Origin: Eledone cirrhosa
Taxonomy: Eukaryota
Reading direction: 5' to 3'
Assembly (NCBI GenBank): GCA_964016885.1
Contig: OZ024740.1
Location: 195,796,001-195,860,000 of the forward strand
DNA: 64,000 nt
Position numbers and translations under genes: made by a program
In this document: one piece after another, positions 52,913 to 64,000 of the stretch
Layout: each line of letters opens with the position of its first letter
Numbering within the stretch: the first letter of the stretch is position 1
The notes under the pieces: generated by a model
Told to the model about the DNA's origin: nothing
Databases searched by the model: none
Seen by the model: the letters and a program-made list of their open reading frames with translations, nothing else

Positions 52913-55900
52913 GTATGTGGTAGTGGTAGGGATTCATGCTGAAGGTAAAAAAAAAATATTGATTTTTTTTTTCATGTATTTTTTTAAATATGCCAGCTAT
53001 ATTTTAACCATGTATTTACTAAAAATTGACACATCTGAGTCATGTATATTTTATTTCCTCAGGAAAACTGTCATTGGTTTCAGTTTTCTGTTTTGGCATC
53101 TGTTGGTTGGCTGATCTCCTTAAACAAATTTTCATCTGAATTTCTCTTTTGTTTTATCTTTAAAAGCCTTGCTATTTTAGATTTGATTATTTTTTTTGTG
53201 TCAATTTTCTTCCTTTAACTTAGCCAGGGAAGAAAGGGCATCATACATAACCTTTTTCAGGGCCTTCATGAATGGTAGAAAAAAAAAAAAGGAAAAATCA
53301 GCTCTTGGTAGGTAACTCTCAGACTTGAAAAATGGTTTGAATTCTTGCCAAAGAATGGTCTCTGCAAGAAGTAACTGAATTCCAAATAGTGATGTTAATC
53401 TGAGTGACAGATTAAGTCTACCACATAATACCATCTGATGGGCTTCTGCTCAGTCTCCCTCTACCAAATTTTACCCATAAAGTTCATTTCAATCCAAGAC
53501 TATGTTAAAAGAGGTACCACACAAGAGCATTGAACCTGAAACCATTTTAATTAGTAGGTGGAATTTTACACAATACAGCCTGTATTGATTTCCACACCTT
53601 ACATTCACTCCACCTTTTATTTTTAGCCTCATGACATTAGAGAACCATTTGTGGTTAATCTCTTAGATTTTTAAAAATCTATAGTTAATATGTGGCATGA
53701 AATTTGATCAGAATTGAACAGCTGTTTCACTATATGTCCACTTGATGTGTTTAATCCTTTTAAATAATCCACTGTGTTAGTATTTAACATTGGTTTTCCA
53801 AACCATTGAATGGATGAATGGCAAGTATCCTTTAGAATAGAAAAATATTGTCATAGGTAACTTATCCATTGCTTATAATAGAACAGCCAAGCAACATCTA
53901 TATATTTCAATCCTTGAACTGACAGTCTGAAACCATATTCACTCAGCCACTTCATTCATTCAATAGAAACATCTATCTGTCTGTCTATCTGTCTACCCAT
54001 GCATCAATCCATCCAAATGTATTAATACAAACTGGCAAAAGAGTACTCAATTTATAAAGTAGAGTAAATTAATCTGAAGCTGATACTTTACTCTGTCAAG
54101 TAAGAAATAAGATTGAATAATTGTTTTAATGTCCATCATTTTTATCCTGGCATGGGTTGAGCTGATCTATATATAGCAGACTGCCACTCATCTTGATTCT
54201 GTCTGTATTCTATAATCTATGAGGTCCAGCTACCTTAGATTAAATCATGTCCCTTCCCCCCTGTCTGTCTCAATATTCTAATGCTGTATATACTTTCTAT
54301 AATCAGTATATAATGGTACATTGCTACATTTTCACTCCAATGGTCTTGTCCTAAACATAGCAGAATCCTTTAGTCCCCAACTTCTTTTTCAATTCATTTT
54401 TTGTTTATTTTTGGTTACATATTTTCAATGAGCTGATCACTGGTTCATTGCATTTATAATAGCAAAAATAAGGAATTGTTTATCCAACTTGAGCAGAACA
54501 AATATCATGAAGGATTTGTTAAAAAATAAGTTTTGTTAGTTTTGTTGTTGATGTTTGCATCTTACATTGGGGTATATCGCTAAAAGATATACACATACCT
54601 CCATACATCAAGGCTATGAAAAAAGACATATACCCAATATTCCGTGCAGTGAGATGGAATGTCAAACCATGTGCTTGCAAAGCAAACAACTATGCCACTT
54701 ACTCTCTAGCTTTCCTGTAGGGTTCCTCTCTATTAGAAAAAACAGAGCTGGTATGTCTTAGGTAAAGTTCATAGTTCATTTAGTTTTGTCTAACCTGAAG
54801 AAGGGAGATCTACAAAATAAGGTTTTGTGTGGGTAATGTTTAATGTGAATTCTATTAGGTCTCAGAAAGCTGTAGTTTTGATGGAGAAAGATTGTGTAAT
54901 GAAGGGATGAAGGAAGCTGAATACATTAAATGAATTTATGTGGACATGTTATTAAGTGAGCAAATTCAGAAAAACAATGTTGTTTAATTCTTACTATTAT
55001 GAAGTGTATCAAACCATTTTAGCAAGACATTCTTGAAAAGTACAGAACAATACTATGATTGTATTACATTAACAATTAAATCTTTACTTTAGTTTACTGA
55101 AAATGTTCACAATGATCTATCCACTAGTAAAGATACTATTAATATTTGAATTAACAAAGCCATTTTTAGATATTTTCTGCTAAATCATTACAGAATGTTA
55201 AGAGTTAACCCCATGTCAGCTCTTGTTGACTCAATCAAAGGTGTTTCCAGTTGTAACTTATTCTGGCTTTTTGTATATCAGAGACTACATTATCCAATAT
55301 ATCCTTTGTTAAAGGCTATAGTGTATAATTTGAGAGAAATTTTGACTGTTATTTCTAGCAGTTTGAGAAAAGTCATAGAGATATCTTCTGTTGATCTTTG
55401 CAAAGTAGTAAAAGAAAGAAAAGTTGACTGAATGCTTATAGATAATAAATCATTGTACATGCATGGTTGTGTAGGATTGTGCCATGACTGAAGTGCAGCT
55501 AAATAGTCTCTGAAAACAGCAGACATAATCATTGCAGATACAGACAGTTTTGTAATAGCATAAAGACAGCAGCTGATAATGATCTCAGAAAGAGCTCTTT
55601 TCATTCTATGTTACCTTTTTCTGGAATTTATCCAATTTTTTTTGGCAGACTGAAAAAGCGTATCATGTTTAATGTTTATGCTGTTCCTCTTATACTTGTT
55701 ATTTGTTTTTAAAAAATTTAATGTCTTTTTTATTTGTTTCTTCGTGAATTTTCTACTGTAAACGGCAAAGAGATTTTTTTTATCTGATATTTTTCTTCAT
55801 TCAGGCATAACTTGGGTATCCTTGTCTATCTTAATAACAACATAGATATTTGTTTCGGACTTCTAACCTAGTGTTTTCTATTTATTATTATTATTATTAT

Positions 55901-56260
55901 TAAAACAATGTTTCAAATGGCTTAGTTGTTGTTTTTCAACAAGTGCCATGTATATGTGTATCATCATCATCACTAATGTCTATTTTCCATGCTTGCATCA
56001 GTTAGATGAGTTGTCATATTCTAAGGCTAGACTCGTCAGGTAACCACTTCTTGTTCATATGTTCCCTTTTGAACTATAGCTAGATGCCCTTCCTAGCCAA
56101 AGATGTATATGGAGCAAGAAACGGTCACCTGATATAACTTGCCTCTAATGGGACAACCCGTTTAACCCATGCTAGCATAGAAAAGGGACATTAAACGATG
56201 ATGATGATGATATATGTGTGTGTGTGTATGTATATGTATTTATGTGTATATATATATATA

Positions 56261-56590
56261 TCATCATCATCATCATTTTACGTCTGCTTTTCCCTGCTTG
56301 CAAGGGTGGGACGGTAACTGATTCTGGCTTGATTTCTACAGCTGGATGCCCTTCCTAACACCAACCTCATTTACAGTGAGTGCTGGGTGCTTTTTTTGCC
56401 GTGGCACCTCCACGACCACTTTGCAGTGGAATGATATGGACCCCAGTCCCTATCATCTCATTTCTACAGCTGAGTAAACTGGAGCAATGTGAAATAGAGT
56501 GTCTTGCTCAAGGAAACAACACATCACCCGGTCTGAGAATTGAACTCACAACCTTTTGATTGCAAACTCTAACCACTAAGCCATGTGCCT
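56261..56590 (-). mobile_element. SINE family 2 copy
   Basis: Near-identical to 40262-40600. Confidence 0.9.
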
Positions 56591-56652
56591 ATATGTGTAT
56601 AATTATTTCGTATCTCTGTGTTTATAATTTTTTTTATTATATGTATATATAT

Positions 56653-56852
56653 AAGAGAATCAAAGTCAGTGTTGCAGCATATGTACAAATTTTATTGGAA
56701 TATTACAAGTGTTTCAATATCGATCAGCTCAGGGTTCAATCAAGATGACAGGGCATGACTCTTTTTCGACATCTCGTCAGTGATGTCTGAAACAATTGTA
56801 ATATGCCAATAAAGTTTGTACATATGTTGCAATACTGACTTCGATCCTTCTT
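56653..56852. repeat. Fold-back element with ~65-bp imperfect arms and degenerate hammerhead 3' halves
   Basis: 56653-56716 pairs with 56788-56852; the arms start at TGAAA-CAATTG-TA and TGAAA-CACTTG-TA. Confidence 0.8.
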
Positions 56853-57177
56853 AATCTATTTACACACTGCACATTTTAGTCACCTTAACCTTGGAATACA
56901 ACCCACACGAGTCCGACCGCGTAACAACATTGAGTGCTTCGAACAGCATGCCACCTGTAGCTACACACACATATATATGTGTGTGTATATATATATATAT
57001 ATATGTAAATGTGGTTGGTGTTAGGAAGGGCATCCAGCTGTAAAAACCTCGGCCAAATTTACAGTCTCCTTGGAGCAAGGTACGGTGTGGCCAATTCTGG
57101 CCAAACTTGTCTCTTGATGTGGACGAACCGTCTAACCCATGCAAGTATGGAAAATAGATGATAAATGGTGATGATGA

Positions 57178-57213
<36 letters not shown>

Positions 57214-57224
57214 CATACATACAT

Positions 57225-57563
57225 GGAGGCACATGGCTTAGTGGTTAAATCATTGGCCTTGCAATCGAAAGGTTGTGAGTTCAATTCTCAGACCGGGTGA
57301 TGTGTTGTTTCCTTGAGCAAGACACTTTATTTCACATTACTCCAGTTTACTCAGCTGTAGAAATGAGATGATAGGGACTGGGGTCCATATCATTCCACTG
57401 AAAAGTGGTCGTGGAGGTGCCACGGCAAAAAAGCACCCAGCACTCACTGTAAATGAGGTTGGTGTTAGGAAGGACATCCAGCTGTAGAAATCAAGCCAGC
57501 ATCAGTTTCCGTCCCACCCTTGCAAGCAGGGAAAAAGCGGACGTAAAATGAAATGATGATGAT
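57225..57563 (+). mobile_element. SINE family 2 copy (full length)
   Basis: GGAGGCACATGGCTTAGTGG ... AAGCGGACGTAAAATG..(GAT)n. Confidence 0.9.
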
Positions 57564-57938
57564 ACAGAGAGGAGAGAAAGAAAGAGAGGGAAAATACACA
57601 CACATTTAAGTGCAGGTTACAATTGAACTCTTAAATTTTTATTATATGGAATAAAATTGTCAGAACATGACTTGTGAAAGGATTAAGAGTTCTATTGCAT
57701 CCAAAGCCTGTTTAGTTTCTGATCAGCCAGGATTGGGTAGTCCTATGATCAAATGCTTTCCAGCCATCACCAGTCTTTTTTATTACATTGTTCAATGAGT
57801 GTCTTGTGTAGAATATAATCTGAGGGAGATTTGGTAGTTTCTTCTAGCAAGACAAGCAACTGAATAGAGGCTTTCGCAAGAGAGACTCTATTCTCATTTG
57901 CTCATACTTAAGCACACGCGTTTGTATATATATTTATA

Positions 57939-57985
<47 letters not shown>

Positions 57986-60584
57986 GTCTTTAATAATGTC
58001 CTGACCATCCAATATTTACTGTTGTTATCAGTTTTATGTTTGTTTACCACTATTATTCTGGTATGATTTGAACATATTTGCTTCACAGTATAGAGTTATG
58101 ACTCCTTAAGTTCTGAGTTCAAATCCTGCCAAGATTAGCTTTGCCTTTCATCCTTACGGGGTTGATAAAATAAAGTACCACTGGGATCAATTTCCCCCTA
58201 AATTGCTGGCCTTGTGCCTAAATCAAAAACTATTATTTTTACATACTAGTAGAGGTCTGAAACTTTATCTCTATAATTGTTTCTACTTTTGGCACAAGGC
58301 CAGCAAATACACAGTACATTACTGGTACTTTATTTTATCGACCCCTTAAGGATGAAAGGCAAAGTTTATCTCTATAATACTAGTTGGTTATGTTTTGTAC
58401 AAATTGCATTAACCCTTTCTTTCTCTTGTTCTATTTATCTAAATGTAACAAACCAGCAATGGAACCTCAACCTGCTAGAAATATCTACCAAATCTCCCTC
58501 AAATGATACCCTACCATCTAAAAGAAATAAAGAACATAATGTTTGAAATAAAGATGGAATGTTGATAGCTGGAATGTGATCATAGATCTGTTCAGTTATA
58601 GCTGACCTGGGGTTATATAAAATAACAATTTGAAAGCAGTTTGGGTTGAGAAGAAAAACAGAGAGAGGAAGAGTAAACAGCTTAGTAGCAAATTACTAGA
58701 TTGCACAATGATTAGTTGAATGGGAGTTTATAGAGGTAAATTAATGGGTAATTTCATGTTTTACAGCTGTGGTTCTTTTTGTTCCATGCTCCACCAAGAT
58801 ACCTAAATAAATTAGATGCCACCACTTCAATATAAAAATATTTGGTATGAACCCTAACCCGAAACCAGCCGTATCCGGCTCATCTCTTTCTGTTCAAACC
58901 AGCTGTAACTGGCTGCTCATACTTAAGTTAAGGTATTGTTCTTAAAATAAATAATATCAAATTCTCGTTGTTTTGATATTATGTGAAAAAAGTGTTCACT
59001 GTGAAAATATAATAGTAAATATAGAGTAATGTAAATGGTAAAGGGTTAGAATATAAAATGTAGAATTTAGAGCACAAATATTCAAACACACCTCTTTTCC
59101 CAATATTAAAATTGGTCCCTTGTGAAGGCATGTGTAACCACAGACTTACAATGTCAAACTCATGATTAATTTAATGTTTCATACTGCCAAATTGATGAAT
59201 TTGGTTGATAGTTTACAGTGCTAACACTATGAAGGGGTTGGGGTTGGGGGGTGGGTGGGTAACGGTTCTTGGACAGAACCCTATCTGGCTAGATGGAAAA
59301 AATGATCATGCTATGTGTAGCTTTCTAGACCTACCTTCCTTGTCATTAGCTGCCAGTAATCAGTCACTCACATGACATTTTATTCAGTATGACTATGAGT
59401 CATTACCTCTTACCATATGGTTGAACTATAGCAGTAATGTGTTTTATCTACATACAAGAACAGGAATAGTTAAAAGAAAAAAAAAAAAACTGTTAGACTG
59501 CATTTTAACATACTGAATGCTCAACCAATTTTTCTCCACCCACACAATAGGTCTCAACTGAGCTTGTCTCACTGCTTCATGGAATGTATACAAAGGATAA
59601 ATATTTATTTAACCCACGCACACATGTATAATAAATTGAGTCAGTTGCTTGATCTTTTTTTAAAATTATTTCAGGTAGTCATCAATTTTTTTCTCAGTGC
59701 TAATAATTTGAGAAGTTGGGGGAAATGGGAGCTGTGATATTCATGTTTTATCGAACTGCATTAGCAGAATAGGTAAAACGCCTCTAAATTGAACCTAGTA
59801 TTATCAAAGAAGAGGCTTGGTTCAAATGCTTGCAATAAAGTGGATCCCTTTAACACCACAACATAACCCAAGGGTTATGTTGTGATGTTAAACTTGTGTA
59901 ATGGATTAAGCCTTCCACCCAAGTAGACCACAGTGAGAGTTGAACTCAAAATGTAAAGAGCTGGAACAAATACCACAAGGCAACTAGCTTAACACTAGCA
60001 ATTTCACCAAACCATCATCCTAGACAGATACTTTATTTTATCAATCCTGGCCTAGTGGTAAGGGTGTTGGATTTATGATCATAATGGTGTAGGTTCAATT
60101 CTTGGGCTGGGTTGCATGTTGTGCTCTTTTGCAAAATACTTCATTTCATGTTGCTCCAGTATACTCAGTTGAAAATGAGTACCAGCAATATCTGGGGGTT
60201 TAACCCTGCGGTGGACTGGCGTCCTGTCCAGTGGGGAATCTTGTACTCTCGGTCGCTTCACGCCATGAAACTGGGATAAGTACCAACCTAACTGCCTTCT
60301 GACCCTTTTGACTTTAGACTGAAAGGATGACCAACAAAGTCAACATCGATGAGATTTGAACTAAGAGTGTAGAGAGCTAGAATAATTGCTACAAAACATT
60401 TTATTTGACTTCTCTAACAATTCAGCTTATTCATCACTGGTATCTGATATATACATCATGAAAAGCTTTCCCTTAAGTATAGAGAGAGTTAATCTTTATC
60501 ACCAACAATGACTAAAAAATCTCTGAAACCTGTTCCAGGCATTATGACAGAATGACCATATGTGTGTATGTATGTCTATGTATG

Positions 60585-60642
<58 letters not shown>

Positions 60643-60778
60643 AGGTGTCCCAAACAATATATATACACACTTCAGCATTCTTATAAATATTGCCTGTACA
60701 GGTAATCAAAGTATGTATGCATTTTTTGGGGACTTATATATATATATATAAGTTTATCCTGGGTTCATTTCTCTCTCT

Positions 60779-60818
<40 letters not shown>

Positions 60819-61594
60819 AGAGAGAGAGTTCGAAATAACAATAAACGCAGGAGTAAATGTTACATGGTGTAAGCTTCACGCTTAGTGAGAGTGAGGGTGG
60901 GGTGTTGTTACATGCCCCCATATGCCAGCCACCATGATGATATTGTTGGCTCCTTTGCAAATCTGCATTGATTATGTTGCCTTATTTAACAGAACTTGTT
61001 TCTTTAAAATGAATCATCACTAAGAGGTCAGGGCTACACTCATTAAACCTTTTGTTTATTTAGATTACTTCAAGTGTCAGCCTTGTATCAGTACACCGAA
61101 AAACCCCTCAACATAAATGAAGGGAATTAATGGCTTAGCTCTTGAACAATGTCCAGTAAATTGACAAATGTTTCTTCTGCAAATTTTGCTACTGCCACTA
61201 TCAACATCACCATTGTCACCACTGCCTCTTCTACTAAATAATCTCTGTTTCTTATTTTTGGCACAATTTGTAAGAAAGGTAATGGTTTCCTAATTATTTA
61301 ATTTTGGGTACTAGGCTCTAAGTTTGCATGAAAGGGTGTGTGAGGGAGGGGGTAATTGATTTAATCAACATTAATATATTACTAGTACCTATGTGTATTA
61401 ACCCCAAAGTGTCCTGCGGTAAAGTCAACAGCTGGCAGTCTCCACATTTACTATGTCTCATTTCACTAGTATTCAATTAATAACAGAACTAACTTATATT
61501 GATGTCATTAACGATATTAGCAATTATCAAATCATACACATTCTTTTACTAGTTACAGTTATTAGACTGTAACCATGGTGGGGAATCACCTTAA

Positions 61595-63129
61595 CCCTTT
61601 AGCACTTACATTACTATATATATACTATTGTATTTCTGTGGTAAAGGCTTTATCTCACACTAGCAGAAGTGCCCGGCGTTGCTCGGGGCTGAGGAACTGA
61701 TGTATTATAATGAATATTCCATCTCATTTGGTTTGCAGGCCTGGTGTGTCATGGTCTCTGTTAACTACGGTATATATAATCTGGTTGCAGCTAGAAAAAT
61801 AGACATACCGCAGCAGGGTTTGTACCTACATAGGTGATCCTCTGTCTATTTGACTTTCGCCTGACCTAACTGAGGTCGTAGGTGAAAGGGATAGGATCAA
61901 TCACTTTTTGACAGGACAAAGAAAACATTTGTTGGTGCCTGTTTATGTCGTGGTTTTGGGTTCAATCCCTAATTTTTTTATTCCTTACTGAAAGTACTTA
62001 ATGAACCTGTGAACGTCCCTAGCAGTTAAGAATGAGAAATTGAATTGTTTCTGGCGCGATTATACTCTCGTCATTGTTAACGAAAACTACATTGAAACAC
62101 GCACACACACACATGTGTATTGACGGTAATACACACACATGCTAACGGCGACATAACATTTACCGGTTATATAAACTTTTCATGCTATATAACATCGTAC
62201 TGACTACATAGCCTTTTACCTGCTACATAGCTTTACCGGCTACATAATGAATACCGGCTACGCAATTGATCTTGTTTAAGGAAGTCTGCGAATAGTGGTT
62301 TAAAAAATTATTTGTTAACTCACATGATGTGAAATGGAAGGGTAGTATTATCGCCATGAAGATTAACAACCGAAAATGAAAATAATTATGTCGTTTGATT
62401 TTACGATTGAAATAAAATAATTGTCGCAAATTAGAATTTTTATTTGTTAATGAAGTGTGTATGTGTGGTTAGAAATCCGGCACGTGGTTAAATTGATTTA
62501 AAGTTTAATTATTCATTTGATGTGAGTGTGTGTTTGTATGTGTTTGCAAATAAATAAATCAGTTTGAAGACTCACATTTAGAATAAACGAAATTGTACGT
62601 TAATGTGGCTAATGTTTCTGTTGTTTAGTCTGTAAAGTGTATGAGTGAGAGAGTAAAACGGACAGTATCACCATCAACATGAACAATGTAAAATGAAAAG
62701 AATAGTTGTTTCAGCTTGGAAAGAGAAAGTAGCAGAAAGTATGAAGTTGTATAGATTTTGAAGGGTAATGGAAAGAGTTTAGCAGTTGAAATGAGAGAGG
62801 GAAATCGTAAAATATTGAGTTTTATCGATTTTTTGCGTAATTGTGGGTGAAATTGAAAAAGATATATGTGCCATGACCCAATCGAAGCTATTTCGAATAC
62901 TGAATTGTAAATTTCAATTGAAGAAATTCTATATCGTAGATTTCTATAACAAAGAAATGTGACCATACACTGAGCTTTATAGATAATGATATCGTATCTG
63001 TGAGATTTTGATGTTATTTATTTTGAGAACAATACCTTAACTTCAGTATGAGCAGCCAGTTACAACTTGTTTAAACAGAAAGGGGCGAGAGAATTCTGGC
63101 CGAAAATGGCCAGTTTAAATGCTAAAGGG
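61595..63129. mobile_element. piggyBac-like MITE split into 61595-61659 and 62984-63129 by a Helitron
   Basis: TTAA at 61591-61594 and 63130-63133; the two halves rejoin to match the copy at 34789-34995. Confidence 0.88.
61660..62983 (-). mobile_element. Complete non-autonomous Helitron (~1.3 kb)
   Basis: Minus strand A|TCTATAAAGC ... CCCGAGCAACGCCGGG hairpin ... CTAG|T; inserted between A and T with no TSD. Confidence 0.88.
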
Positions 63130-64000
63130 TTAAAGCCAATCATATTGACCCCAGTACTTATTTTTTCAAGCCTGATACTTATTTCATTGATCTGTATATG
63201 TTGATCTGCTAAGTTACATAAACACAGGCACAGACACACACTTATGATGTCTGTCAAAAATGTATGTCTTTATTTTTCCCCATGGAAATTAATGATATTA
63301 TGGAGACAAAAGTGTGAATACCAAATATATAATTTAATGTTGAATGTAAACTTTGTGTGGTAGGCCTTAATAGACTTCTTCACTGGAGAGGTTCAAGCTG
63401 AACATCAGTTGCAACAGAGTCAATCTATTTCAGAAGTCAAAGACATGCAAAGGTCATAAAACTCTGTTTAAAAAAAAAAAAAACATGGTTTGTCTATATA
63501 TATGTGTGTTTAGAAGAGTGTGTATGTTGTAAAGATAAGCATTTTTTGTGTGAAAGGCTGAAAGTTTAGATTCTAAGGTCATTAATCTCAGTACCCACTT
63601 GTCTTATAGTATTCAGCCAAAATATAGCTATATTGTTGTTACCTATCAATATAAAGTTTAAAATATTGTAAGTGTTTGCATTGTTTTGAAAGCTTGTCAA
63701 CACAAAAGCATATTCAGTTTGCTAAATGATTGGGTAAACATTAGTGCATTAGTTTAATGAACGGTAACACAATGCTAGAGCAGAATGAGATAACTGAATG
63801 TGTAAAGTATTTATCCAAAAGTACATATTGGTTGCAGGTGAGTAAAGAAAGTAAATGGGTTTTTTGGGGAAAACAAAATTATCCAAGTTAACTCTTTAGC
63901 ATTTAAACCGGCTGTATCTGGCCAGAATTCTCTCACCTCTTTCTGTTCAAACCGGCCATAATCAGCCGCTCACATTTATGTTAAGGTACTGTTCTCGAAA

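Noticed and set aside
57225-57300. tRNA genes at SINE heads (also 12887, 26630, 60050)
   Set aside because: A and B boxes are present, but there is no complete cloverleaf and each continues into a SINE core.

Overview
AT-rich, repeat-dense animal genomic DNA. The (TA)n/(CAT)n microsatellites, RTE LINEs and tRNA-derived SINEs suggest an octopod cephalopod (inference, not verified). No complete host protein-coding gene is visible, and most ORFs in the track are microsatellite or antisense artefacts. The window holds several 5'-truncated RTE LINE copies with a C4HC3 (PHD-like) finger inside the RT, older Expander/RTE, CR1 and CRE-clade fragments, three SINE families, TTAA-flanked piggyBac-like MITEs, two complete non-autonomous Helitrons and a probable CpG-retaining promoter region (~37-48 kb). 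The most notable signal is seven minimal type-I hammerhead ribozyme motifs (CUGANGA / stem II / GAAA / palindromic stem III / UH / stem I) in four unrelated sequence families. Six lie in non-coding fold-back elements or a direct copy of one, embedded in (TA)n tracts: 10.0-10.4 kb, a 660-bp near-perfect palindrome at 24.1-24.7 kb, and a cluster at 39.7-41.2 kb. Several degenerate relatives are also present. They resemble Penelope-like-element pLTR or retrozyme hammerheads, but no Penelope ORF is in the window. All folding and alignment was done by eye.
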